NCBI GenBank assembly: GCA_002269645.1
Contig: NIVC01000835.1
Coordinates: 310,001 to 374,000, forward strand
Length of the DNA stretch: 64,000 bases
Direction: 5' to 3'
Source of the DNA: Macrostomum lignano
Taxonomy: Eukaryota
In this document: positions 1-17,449 of the stretch, piece by piece
Layout: every line of letters begins with the position of its first letter
Position numbering within the stretch: the first letter of the stretch is position 1
Translations under genes and position numbers: made by a program
The notes under the pieces: model-generated
What the model was told of the DNA's origin: nothing
Database searches by the model: none
The model's input: only the letters and a program-made list of their open reading frames with translations

Positions 1-2279
1 TATAGATAATAAAATAGTTCTTTTTATAATAAATGCATAAGACATCATCTGGGCTTAAGGTTTTAACTTAATGTAACTAAATAAATAGCAAAACTTTTCA
101 TAGTTACTATATATATAAAATAAAATAGCTTTGCCACTTATGAAAAAATAATTATTCATCTCCAAAATGATATATAAAATCTTACCATTAGATTAACAGT
201 TAACAATTATATTGAGTAAGCTGTAAGCTAGGCCTAGCTAAAGTCACTGACAAAAACACTATAATATAACTATAATATATTCCAGTGTGTAGATCATATA
301 TCCATATATGCCGGACCAAATTCGGGCATCAAGGACTTTGTACACCAATGTATGCCAAAAACAAAATGTTGCACTAAAATGTATGCCAAAAATTTTTAAA
401 AAAGGTAATTTGGTTTTCACAAATAGTTTTCTAAGAAAGGCTTTTGTATGAAAAATGTTTTCAAAATATTATGAATATTTTCAAATTAAACAAACTTAAA
501 TTATACCTACAAAAAATATAATGCAAAATTGATACTCTTATCAAAAATTTACACTAATTTTATTCATTGTTAATTTCAAAGAAGCAAAAATCTTATCATT
601 GACGATACAAATTTTCTGTTACTTTACATAAAAATGTTAATTTATATTACAATTTTCATGCATGGCATGAATTTATTCACCAAAATTTATACACTGATTG
701 TATATGCCAAGGACTTAGGGTGGCTGTTTTGTATGCCAGAAAAGTTCCAGCGTATATGCATACCATCTGCAACCTGGAATGTATTGATATTAATTATTAT
801 TAACATGTTTCTAATTATTTTCAAACTTAATAGCCTTTTATTATTTACATTGCAAATTTGTTACTTAATTTAGAATCTAGATGGTTTTTGTTTTATGTGT
901 TAACCATAAAAATAACTATCTTGCTATTTGTATGCTACATGGTCAATGTAATAAAAACAACTGCCTAAATGTAAATAATAAATTTTAATAACTTATATTA
1001 TTTATTATAATATTGATTATATGAGTATGACCACTCTAGTTAAATACATACATACCAACATATGATACATTGATTAAGACAAGATTTTAGGTAGTACTTA
1101 CCTTCAACAACACCACAAAGAAAGGTGTTTGATCTGTTATGCATAGGCCTAATACTACTAGGTAGCTAAACAGGGTGAAATATGAAGTAGGAAGGTCTCT
1201 CAAGGACTGGTAAAAGATATATACTAATTTAACAGCACTTTTACTACTATAGATTGCAATAAATTAAAATCACCAAATGTAGCAGAAAATTTATAAATAA
1301 TTTAAATCTTACTGCAATATTTAATATGCAGGTTAATGCCTACTAAAATTAGGAAGTTCTCGCAAGAATGAAAAATTATATTACATAATATGAAATACAA
1401 AAAATGTGAAACTGGTAAAGCTTTACACGCGAAAACGATAATATAGTATTTGCAAGTTTAAAAACTTTATAGGCAGCAAGCCAGTTCGGTCGATGTCAAT
1501 CAATAAATAACTGGAAAAAACTGGAACGAAAAATGAAAAATAGAAGCTAGAACTAAAAATTGACAGGCATCAAGCATTTATGTACATAATTCAGTGTAAT
1601 TTAAATATAATATTTTAAAATAAGCGCTATTGAAGTACCTTTATTTAATACAAAGGTTTTTTGTTTGTTATTTGTTTGAACCGTGTTTTTTTGTTTTGTT
1701 TCTAAAATTGCTATTTAAAATTAGCTTAAATCTAACTTCTTCGGATAAATTATAAGGCCTTTTCATATTGCTTGTTCTGGTTCTAGAACCAGAGGTCCAG
1801 ATCCATTTGTAAAGTATAACTTTTTGTCTTCTAAACTAGAGGGATATAAGTGCTTAAAAGTTGTGATTATTGAATGGCAATAGCCAAGAAGAAGGTGAAA
1901 AATTGTGCAAAGTGAAGCTGTAAGGCAGTCAAACATTCAGCCAAGTTAAATAGTTATACTTGCTTTTTTCTTGGAAGATCCGAATTAATTCTGGTTCTGG
2001 AATTGGTAATGTGGAAAGCCCCATAGATAACCAAAAATTGGGACTACGAACAAATAAGAATTCTAAAAAGTCTGCGGAAGAGAAACTGAGGTGGTTATTT
2101 GCGTACATTGTGTTGGTGAAGGCGGGCAGGTCTGTATTCAGTTGGCTAGTCTTGGCCTTGGTGGTTTTTTTGCGCACTTGAATTTTTCTTCCTTCCGATT
2201 AAAATTGTCTGCTTGCACATATTTATCTTAGAAAGCTAAACGTGAAAAAAATAATACTGGCTTTGAGAGGGGCTTCGTG

Positions 2280-2468
2280 CAGGGGCGAACCCAGGGTTAG
2301 GGTGGGGGTGGCACCAAGGGGGCCATATCCCTTCAAGTCGTGGTAGAAATTATAGGCCATATTTTTTTCACTTCTAACTATATATGCATGTACATTCTTA
2401 TATTGGGATGCACCGGCCTGTAGTTGTAAATGTATCTTCGTCCCAAAAATCTTCTGGGTCCGCCCCTG
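2280..2468. mobile_element. Short MITE-like element, about 190 bp, with 15-bp terminal inverted repeats
   Basis: CAGGGGCGAACCCAG (2280-2294) versus CTGGGTCCGCCCCTG (2454-2468): reverse complements with 1 mismatch. Non-coding interior; no clean TSD. Confidence 0.55.
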
Positions 2469-3357
2469 GCTTCGAGCTTGCTCGCACCCAGCTTCATCTT
2501 CCTCACGTCCTCTGCTTTCGCCTTCACTTCACTAACTACAGATCGAGTAGCTACATGTAGCATGCATGTACATGTACAGAGAGGACGTAGATAGACCTGG
2601 GTCCTGAACATGTAAAATCATAACATGTAACATATAAGGGACGCTTCAGAGCTTTGGATTCAAGAAACTCAAGAACTTAACTTGAAATGAAAAAGAGATA
2701 CTTCTTCGATCCAACTCAAGCCTGATCAAAGCCATTAAGCTTAATTAAATTTATGAAGCTCTTAACGTTCAGGTCTTCCTTCAAGAACAACGAAATTAAT
2801 ATGAAATCATAGGCATCTATTTTCGTTCCCGTTTATAAATGCTGTAATATAGCGCTACACATGTACATGCACGTGTGCACTAGGTAGCTACAACGAGCGT
2901 ATAGCTAATGTACGTACATACAAAAACGTCATACATGGTACATGTACAGTACCTATCGTACATGCATATTTAGATTTAGGCATATTTAGCGAACTAATCT
3001 CCTTTTGTATTTTGGTGACGCTGTTTAAGTACAACAATGAAAGAAGAGTGTAAGAAATATTATTTCACCTAATTCTTGACTGTAAAAGTGTATATGTATG
3101 TACGGATGTATTAATTTTGGTGTTGTACTTTTCACTGGAAGGTGTTGTGTCAAAAACTGTTATAAAAACATGGAATTATGTATATTACAGTGATTTTCAT
3201 TGCTTCCTGTTCAATCCTGAAATTATTGACAATATATGTGTACATGTATCGTACCCATGATTTATCTTAAAATGTGTCCATGAATACTAACATGCAATGA
3301 CAATGCAGTTTAATTGTAAGGACCACTGTCCTTACAATACAATTAGTTATACTACAG

Positions 3358-4075
3358 GACGGCCTGTCGGATTTCTTTGAGACATCCTCTGGGGTGCTTC
3401 AGAGAGATACGCTTGCGCCGTTCCTGTTCGTCCTGGTGCTTCACTGGGTGCTGCGGACTGCTCTCCATTCTAAAAACGACGCGGCTTCCTGCTGCAGCGA
3501 CGCGTGGATCGACGCCAACCAGAAAGGCGGCTCAGCATGCTTGGCTACGCCGACAATCTCGCCCTGCTATCCTCGACCGTCGAGGGCACCCAGCGCCAGC
3601 TGGACCGGCTGGTAACTGTTGCGGCGAGCGTCGGCCTGGTGGTCAACACGCAGAAAATCGTCGTGCACTGTGTGCCGGACGACATCGAGGTTGCTATTTT
3701 CTGCTAAGGCGCTGACGGGGCAGGTGACGAGGCTTCCGCGCTGTCATCAGTTTGTCTACCTCGGCGGTCTGGTGCCTGACGTTCGCGAGGATCTGCGACG
3801 TCGCCGTAGACTTTCCCAGACTGCCTTCCGTTCCGTGAGGGCTGTCCTGCAGTTCGAGGCCCTGTTCCAGGCGGTGGTTGAGACCGTCCTGTTGTACAAC
3901 GGACGGAATCGCTCATACAGCAGGTCGGTGCGGCGCACGCTGGCCTGCTGCGCGCCGCTTTCAAGATCGGCTACGAGTGACGAGTCGCCAGCAATGCGGC
4001 ACTGCCTGCTGGCTGATCCCGGCGCCCGGACACTGCTGGCGGTGCGGCCTACTTTCGCGCCCAGGCCCTGAAACG
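3358..4075 (+). mobile_element. 5'-truncated, decayed non-LTR retrotransposon reverse transcriptase fragment (RTE-like)
   Basis: Overlapping frames give SGVLQRDTLAPFLFVLVLHWVLRTAL (RT QGD motif mutated to QRD), LGYADNLALLSSTVEGTQRQLDRL (YADD to YADN), QFVYLGG and LFQAVVETVLLYN. Frameshifts and a stop; GC-rich island in AT-rich flanks. Confidence 0.85.
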
Positions 4076-4687
4076 CGCCTTGTGATATTGTCCCAATGCT
4101 TGACTGGCTGACAATATTTTTGTGGTCCTTGACTACATGTACCAACTACAGTTATACAGGTTGTACATGAGGATGTACTAGCTAAGATTCGATACCAAGG
4201 GAGTTTATTTTATCATGAATTTGTTGCAATGTCAAATGAACTTTTATTTTGCAGATTTGAAAATAACTGCAAGAACACTAATATGAGAACAGAATAGATA
4301 AAAAAATCCTTTCGTTTGTATGATTTTTGTTCAAAGCAATCACTAATTTTTCCGCTATCTCAGTATCAATTAGTATGTATTATTTATCTAGATTAAAAAA
4401 GATTTACCATAAAAATTCCAACTCATACTGAATTCTCAATCTCATGCTCAATCTCGTTTCTTCGAATGGTTTTCTATAGGAATTAACAAAACTGCACAAC
4501 ATTTTTTCGCGCAGATTTGATTTAAAAACAAAAAATACTGGGCGAAATCGCATAGAGCTGAGATACTGTGCCATAAATGTTTTTCGTCTAAAACAAACTA
4601 CCTGGTAAAAGTACATTTGATTAGAAGCAAAGAATAGAATCTCTATATCAATGGTGCGAGACTAAATTGTCTTTTTCACCGCTGATA

Positions 4688-9967
<5,280 letters not shown>

Positions 9968-10089
9968 GGAAGAGGTCAGCGAGTGCGTAGTCTTCGGCTG
10001 CACCGGATCTGTTGGACAAAAGCAAGTCGAGATGAGCTGGTTCCATGAGCAGGCTAATACCGCGTGAGGGATGATGGGCGCAGTCGGTT

Positions 10090-10250
10090 TGCCAGGATTG
10101 CCAGGGATGTTGCTAGGTGTCAGGAGTATTGTTGGAATGTCAGAGTGTTGTTGGGATGTCAGAAGTGTTTTTGGGATGTCAGGAGTGTTGTTGGGATTTC
10201 AAGAGTGGTATTTGGGATGTCAGGAGCGTTATTGGGATGTCAAGAGTGTT
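10090..10250. repeat. 20-bp tandem repeat, degenerate
   Basis: Unit about GGGATGTCAGGAGTGTTGTT. Confidence 0.8.
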
Positions 10251-10764
10251 GTTGAGGGGCTAAATCAGATCTTCCACCGTGATTTCTTGGGGCCCTAAGT
10301 GGCAAGTTAAAACTGTGTACTAATTAACTATTGACTTTGCTCTCAAAGCAACATAGCAGCATATCTCGTCAAGCACTGTTAGGTGAAAGGAATATAAGAG
10401 AAAGCCCACCAACCTTCAGCATGTCTGTCAGTTTGCATTTTTGCGCAAGACATGAAGATTAGAAGTCAAACAGCTCGTGCGCTAGTTGCTAGGGCTTGCG
10501 TTGGAGGGGGGGGGGCGAAATGTTGCTGCCGTTGTGTGCGATCCACTGGGAGAAAATCGATATAGTTCGGTCTCATCTAAGACACCGGTTCGCCCAAGAG
10601 ACTCCACTTAACCAGCACTTGACATGGGGGAAACGGTTGGACTTCTCTGTAGTTTTCTCTACTATATTCTTTTGATTCTTGCGGTTGCAATTGTACTTTT
10701 ACTCTGAGAGGATTGAATTTGGGAGCTAATAGTACGCAGTGGTATATTTACGTGCCATGGCCGG

Positions 10765-11035
10765 GACTGAGGGTAAGGCAACAGGGACTGGGGGTAGGGT
10801 GAGACAACTGGGACTGAGGGTAGGCAACAGGGACTGAGGGTAGGCAACCGGGACTGAGGGTATGCAACCGGGACTGAGGGTAGGCAACAGGGACTGAGGG
10901 TAGACAACAGGGACTGAGGGTAGGCAACAGGGACTGAGGGTAGGCAACAGGGACTGAGGGTAGGCAACAGGGACTGAGGGTAGGCAACAGGGACTGAGGG
11001 TAGGCAACCGGAACTCGCGGTAGGCAACAGGGGCT
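10765..11035. repeat. 20-bp tandem repeat
   Basis: Unit GGGACTGAGGGTAGGCAACA, about 13 copies. Confidence 0.92.
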
Positions 11036-11311
11036 GTGGATAGGCGAAGTTGACTTGGTGTCTGGGTGGACTAGTCAAGGCCTGTAGTGCTCTCAGGCTA
11101 AGGGTGCACGAGCGGCAATACAGGGATTATCTTTGCCTTTGCTTCACAAAGAACTGCACACGGAATGCTTTTGATTTTCTTAGATTTTTTGTCCGTCTCT
11201 TTTGCCGCCCAAGATCTTGCAGTGGAATTACTATTTTTTATTCAGGCTGTGAAATCAGCCACGCAGACACACCCAATGCGTGTGTTTTGCCCCTAAAGGC
11301 AGCTCACTCAC

Positions 11312-11407
11312 TGTAATGATGCTTGAGATAGCTGATTCCTCTGTCTGTAGCTGACGATTCTCTTCGCTTCGTTGAATTCAATTTCATCTGCTTTCGCTGC
11401 TCAGCAT
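11312..11407 (-). other. Probable upstream exon of the SLC10 gene, with an in-frame ATG (11387) and an overlapping 7-codon uORF
   Basis: Donor GTGAGT at 11311-11306; acceptor TTTTGTCCAACAG before 10008. ATG 11387 splices in frame (phase 1) into NPVQPKTTHSLTSS-MALR. uORF MLSSESR* runs 11407-11384. Confidence 0.45.
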
Positions 11408-11569
11408 TGCTAATCGCGTAAGGAATATTTGATACACTCAAAACAAGCCCGAAGCAGTTAGCAGCGTCAATACGGATTCAACGCTCGTCTGTTGTTTCTG
11501 CAACAAACTGAAAGCAGGGTAGAGCAAAAGCAGAGCCGAAGCGGGAAAGAGATCTCACAGTTTTTTATT

Positions 11570-11612
11570 GTGACCGCCCCGTCCTCACAGCCAAGGATTG
11601 GCCAATGGGGAG
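11570..11612. promoter_or_regulatory. Candidate SLC10 promoter: GC-box-like motif and palindromic double CCAAT box
   Basis: GACCGCCCC near 11573 and GATTGGCCAAT near 11596-11606, about 200 bp upstream of the putative first exon. Confidence 0.3.
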
Positions 11613-11779
11613 GATCTCTCTAGGGCAGTGAGTCAACTCAACTTCTCGTGTTGTTACATGCTCTGAAAGCGTGCGATTTTGCGACTCTCGCTAATGTTGA
11701 ATTATAGGTTCTGAAGACGCAAAGGGTAATCTTGTCAAAAGCACCAACAACACCTACACCGACAACCTGTATGGATGGT

Positions 11780-14370
11780 CAGGCTGATTCAGGATGGAAA
11801 TGATGCTCAGGCAGAGTGATTCAGGATGGAAAGGATGCTCAGGCAGAGTGATTCAGGATGAAAAGGATGCTCAGGCAGAGTGATTCAGGATGAAAAGGAT
11901 GCTCAGGCAGAGTGATTCAGGATGGAAAGGTGGAAAGGATGCTCAGGCATAGTGATTCAGGATGGAAAGGATGCTCAGGCATAGTGATTCAGGATGGAAA
12001 GGATGCTCAGGCATAGTGATTCAGGATGGAAAGGATGCTCAAGCAGAGTGATTCAGGATGGAAAGGATGCTCAAGCAGAGTGATTCAGGATGGAAAGGAT
12101 GCTCAAGCAGAGTGATTCAGAAAGGTAAGGATGCTCAGGCAGAGTGATTCAAGATGGAAAGGATGCTCAGGCAGAGTGATTCAGGATGGAAAGGATGCTC
12201 AAGCAGAGTGATTCAGGATGGAAAGGATGCTCAGGCAGAGTGATTCAGGATGAAAAGGATGCTCAGGCAGAGTGATTCAGGATGAAAAGGATGCTCAGGC
12301 AGAGTGATTCAGGATGAAAAGGATGCTCAGGCAGAGTGATTCAGGATGGAAAGGATGCTCAGGCATAGTGATTCAGGATGAAAAGGATGCTCAGGCAGAG
12401 TGATTCAGGATGGAAAGGATGCTCAGGCAGAGTGATTCAGGATGAAAAGGATGCTCAGGCAGAGTGATTCAGGATGGAAAGGTGGAAAGGATGCTCAGGC
12501 AAAGTGATTCAAGATGGAAAGGATGCTCAGACAGAGTGATTCAGAATGGTAAGGATGCTCAGGCAGAGTGATTCAGGATGGAAAGGATGCTCAGGCAGAG
12601 TGATTCAGGATGAAAAGGATGCTCAGGCAGAGTGATTCAGGATGGAAAGGATGCTCAGGCATAGTGATTCAGGATGAAAAGGATGCTCAGGCAGAGTGAT
12701 TCAGGATGGAAAGGATGCTCAGGCAGAGTGATTCAGGATGAAAAGGATGCTCAGGCAGAGTGATTCAGGATGGAAAGGTGGAAAGGATGCTCAGGCAAAG
12801 TGATTCAAGATGGAAAGGATGCTCAGGCAGAGTGATTCAGAATGGTAAGGATGCTCAGGCAGAGTGATTCAGGATGGAAAGGATGCTCAGGCAGAGTGAT
12901 TCAGGATGGTAAGGATGCTCAGGCAGAGTGATTCAGGATGGAAAGGATGCTCAGGCATAGTGATTCAAGATGGAAAGGATGCTCAGGCAGAGTGATTCAG
13001 GATGGAAAGGATGCTCAGGCAGAGTGATTCAGGATGAAAAGGATGCTCAGGCAGAGTGATTCAGGATGGAAAGGTGGAAAGGATGCTCAGGCAAAGTGAT
13101 TCAAGATGGAAAGGATGCTCAGACAGAGTGATTCAGAATGGTAAGGATGCTCAGGCAGAGTGATTCAGGATGGAAAGGATGCTCAGGCAGAGTGATTCAG
13201 GATGAAAAGGATGCTCAGGCAGAGTGATTCAGGATGGAAAGGATGCTCAGGCATAGTGATTCAGAATGGTAAGGATGCTCAGGCAGAGTGATTCAGGATG
13301 GAAAGGATGCTCAGGCAGAGTGATTCAGGATGAAAAGGATGCTCAGGCAGAGTGATTCAGGATGGAAAGGTGGAAAGGATGCTCAGGCAAAGTGATTCAA
13401 GATGGAAAGGATGCTCAGGCAGAGTGATTCAGAATGGTAAGGATGCTCAGGCAGAGTGATTCAGGATGGAAAGGATGCTCAGGCAGAGTGATTCAGGATG
13501 GTAAGGATGCTCAGGCAGAGTGATTCAGGATGGAAAGGATGCTCAGGCATAGTGATTCAAGATGGAAAGGATGCTCAGGCAGAGTGATTCAGGATGGAAA
13601 GGATGCTCAGGCAGAGTGATTCAGGATGGAAAGCATGCTCAGGCATAGTGATTCAGGATGAAAAGGATGCTCAGGCAGAGTGATTCAGGATGGAAAGGAT
13701 GCTCAGGCATAGTGATTCAAGATGGAAAGGATGCTCAGGCAGAGTGATTCAGGATGGAAAGGATGCTCAGGCAGAGTGATTCAGGATGGAAAGCATGCTC
13801 AGGCATAGTGATTCAGGATGAAAAGGATGCTCAGGCAGAGTGATTCAGGATGGAAAGGATGCTCAGGCATAGTGATTCAAGATGGAAAGGATGCTCAGGC
13901 AGAGTGATTCAGGATGGAAAGGATGCTCAGGCAGAGTGATTCAGGATGAAAAGGATGCTCAGGCAGAGTGATTCAGAATGGTAAGGATGCTCAGGCAGAG
14001 TGATTCAGAATGGTAAGGATGCTCAGGCAGAGTGATTCAGGATGAAAAGGATGCTCAGGCAGAGTGATTCAGGATGGAAAGGATGCTCAGGCAGAGTGAT
14101 TCAGGATGAAAAGGATGCTCAGGCAGAGTGATTCAGGATGGAAAGGTGGAAAGGATGCTCAGGCAAAGTGATTCAAGATGGAAAGGATGCTCAGGCAGAG
14201 TGATTCAAGATGAAAAGGATGCTCAGGCAGAGTGATTCAGGATGGAAAGGTGGAAAGGATGCTCAGGCAAAGTGATTCAAGATGGAAAGGATGCTCAGGC
14301 AGAGTGATTCAGGATGGAAAGGATGTTCAGGTAGCATGATTCAAGATGAAAAAGATGTTTAGACAGCATG
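11780..14370. repeat. 32-bp satellite with a 296-bp higher-order repeat
   Basis: Unit GGATGCTCAGGCAGAGTGATTCAGGATGGAAA, about 80 copies. The diagnostic GGTGGAAA insertion recurs at 12481, 12777, 13073 and 13369. Confidence 0.95.
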
Positions 14371-15219
14371 ATTTAGGACCGAAAGTGCAACTGGAACAAG
14401 CAGTTATATTTAAGGTCATCAATTGCACATTGTGCGAAAGTGACCGACAGAGCAAATAGATAGGGAGAGTAGCGTCGAAAATCAAATCAACTTTCAACCA
14501 GCAATTTTATCGATTAAATATCCTATATCTGATGACTAAGGTAATAGTACATTTCGTTAACTTCATCCTGTGCGTGATATGAAGCTTATAAAAAAATTTC
14601 TAGAAGTCACTCTGAAAAGAAACCTACATTCTTAAAATCGAAGCGATATTGGTCACGATTTTGACTTCTACTCTACACCACCCCGCACTAGTTCTGTGCT
14701 AACTAGCCAAATCACAATTCTAGTGGAACATATTGTGTGTGTGCAGAGTTCCTGTTAAAAGGCCCGGTAAAAGTATATCTTAAGTGACCCCGCTTTATCA
14801 CGTCAGGCAATGGAGTACAGCCGTGAATTCACTGGAATGCCAGGCTTTTATTTATACCTATAGAAGCTTATGGCTAGAGTGTAATCTTAGCTTGGCTTTT
14901 GAGTTACGACTACTGGGGGATTTACAGATCTTGAAATTTCTTCCAAGACTGGCCAAAGAGCCCCGCCGCTTCGGTTGCCAGCCGGGGCAAGCAAACGCAA
15001 ATTATTGATCGAATTCTGACGCCAGTGCTGCCGCGTTCAACAAATCTACTGAGCGCTGTCTACTGTGTTCCATTGCGTCTGCTTTAGCGGCTTAGATTTG
15101 CCTTTCTTACTACTTGCTTGGGTAGTTACGTATGTATTGTGAATTTTCGTCATTTTGTCAATTTTCGTCAATTCGTCCTTTTCGATAACTCACTGCAGAA
15201 CGTTTATGGTAACCCGATA

Positions 15220-16254
15220 CCTTAGTGCCTCAGTGCCTCAGTGCCTCAGTGCCTCAGTGCCTCAGTGCCTCAGTACCTCAGTGCCTCAGTGCCTCAGTGC
15301 TTCAGTGCTTCAGTGCCTCAGTACCTCAGTGCCTCAGTGCTTCAGTGCTTCAGTGCTTCAGTGCCTCAGTGCCTCAGTGCCTCAGTACCTCAGTGCTTCA
15401 GTGCCTTAGTGCCTCAGTGCCTCAGTGCCTCAGTGCCTCAGTGCCTCAGTGCCTCAGTGCCTCAGTGCCTCAGTGCCTCTGTGCCTCTGTGCCTCAGTGC
15501 CTCAGTGCCTCAGTGCCTTAGTGCCTCAGTGCCTTAGTGCCTCAGTGCCTCAGTGCCTCAGTGCCTCAGTGCCTCAGTGCCTCAGTGCCTCAGTGCCTCA
15601 GTGCCTCAGTGCCTTAGTGCCTCAGTGCCTCTGTGCCTCAGTGCCTCAGTGCCTCAGTGCCACAGTGCCTCAGTGCCTCAGTGCCTCAGTGCCTCAGTGC
15701 CTTAGTGCCTCAGTGCCTCAGTGCCTCAGTGCTTCAGTGCTTCAGTGCTTCAGTGCCTCAGTACCTCAGTGCCTCAGTACCTCAGTGCCTCAGTGCCTCA
15801 GTGCCTCAGTACCTCAGTGCCTCAGTGCCTTAGTGCCTCAGTGCCTCAGTGCCCCAGTGCCTCAGTGCCTCAGTGCCTCAGTGCCTTAGTGCTTAGTGCC
15901 TCAGTGCTTCAGTGCTTCAGTGCTTCAGTGCCTCAGTGCCTCAGTGCCTCAGTGCTTCAGTGCCTCAGTGCCTCAGTGCCTCAGTGCCTTAGTGCCTCAG
16001 TGCTTCAGTGCCTCAGTGCCTCAGTGCCTCAGTGCCTCAGTGCCTCAGTGCCTTAGTGCCTCAGTGCCTCAGTGCCTCGGTGCCTCAGTGCCTCAGTGCC
16101 TCAGTGCCTCAGTGCCTTAGTGCCTCAGTGCCTCAGTGCCTCAGTGCCTCGGTGCCTCAGTGCCTCAGTGCCTCAGTGCCTCAGTGCCTCAGTGCCTCAG
16201 TGCCTCAGTGCCTCAGTGCCTCAGTGCCTCAGTGCCTCTGTGCCTCAGTGCCTG
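15220..16254. repeat. 8-bp tandem repeat (CTCAGTGC)n
   Basis: About 130 copies; source of the PQCLSASV ORFs. Confidence 0.97.
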
Positions 16255-16835
16255 CATGTACGAGCATCCGCCTTGGTCTCTGTCCTGCCTTTCTGCTTTC
16301 ATTGGTCTCAAAGTTCTGTTGAAGTGTTGTCAGCTGAAAAAAATAACAAAATATGCCAAATAGAGCATTCATTGCATTCAGAATTATATCACAATTGAAG
16401 TTTCGAGTTACAGATTAAACGCATCCCTCAGCTGCTCTGAAGTCTTAGACGGAGCAATTCAGCTTTATTTGCCGAAATGAGAGACTCACAGATTAACAAA
16501 GCTGAGCATGGCAATGTCAATATCTAAATTTCCTCTTCCATAGATCCTTGGATTTGTTAATCGCGTTTAAACTGAGTTATGAAACTGCTTAGCCATTTTG
16601 GGTAACTTAATACACAACTGGGTATTGTAGCAGATATTGGGGTAAATCTTTTGAATGGCTTTTCAGGCGGAAATCTGCGACTGTTTAAACAGCAATAATC
16701 GATATTTTAATAAGTTGATAAAATTCGGTGTCAAAATGGTGTTTTAGTGTCAGTGTCTTTAAAGATTTAAGCAATACAGTTTCTTTGCATATTAAAACGT
16801 TAATTTTTTGAGAGATGCGATTTTCTGCGAAGTAA

Positions 16836-17336
16836 CTGTCTGAGAGAGTCACTGTCTCAGAGAGTCACTGTCTGAGAGAGTCACTGTCTGAGAGAGTCAC
16901 TGTCTGAGAGAGTCACTGTCTGAGAGAGTCACTGTCTGAGAGAGTCACTGTCTGAGAGAGTCACTGTCTGAGAGAGTCACTGTCTGAGAGAGTCACTGTC
17001 TGAGAGAGTCACTGTCTGAGAGAGTCACTGTCTGAGAGAGTCACTGTCTGAGAGAGTCACTGTCTGAGAGAGTCACTGTCTGAGAGAGTCACTGTCTGAG
17101 AGAGTCACTGTCTGAGAGAGTCACTGTCTGAGAGAGTCACTGTCTGAGAGAGTCACTGTCTGAGAGAGTCACTGTCTGAGAGAGTCACTGTCTCAGAGAG
17201 TCACTGTCTCAGAGAGTCACTGTCTCAGAGAGTCACTGTCTCAGAGAGTCACTGTCTGAGAGAGTCACTGTCTGAGAGAGTCACTGTCTGAGAGAGTCAC
17301 TGTCTGAGAGAGTCACTGTCTGAGAGAGTCACTGTC
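16836..17336. repeat. 16-bp tandem repeat just 3' of the hunchback stop
   Basis: Unit GTCACTGTCTGAGAGA, about 31 near-identical copies. Confidence 0.97.
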
Positions 17337-17449
17337 CCTTCAGTTCAGTCAGAGACTCACTGAAACGCCCTATTTCGATAGTCAGTCTTCAGAGTTAGAA
17401 AAATGTTTAGAGTCACAATCTTTAGAAAATCAGACTGCAGCCTCCATCA

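Noticed and set aside
1-2250. Short ORFs in the AT-rich start (634-873, 1929-2177, 1960-2181)
   Set aside because: No recognisable domain or consistent splice signals; may be old repeat debris.
16450-17449. Nanos response element in the hb 3' UTR
   Set aside because: One GUUGU on the sense strand near 16615, but no properly placed AUUGUA or UGUAHAUA; not supported.
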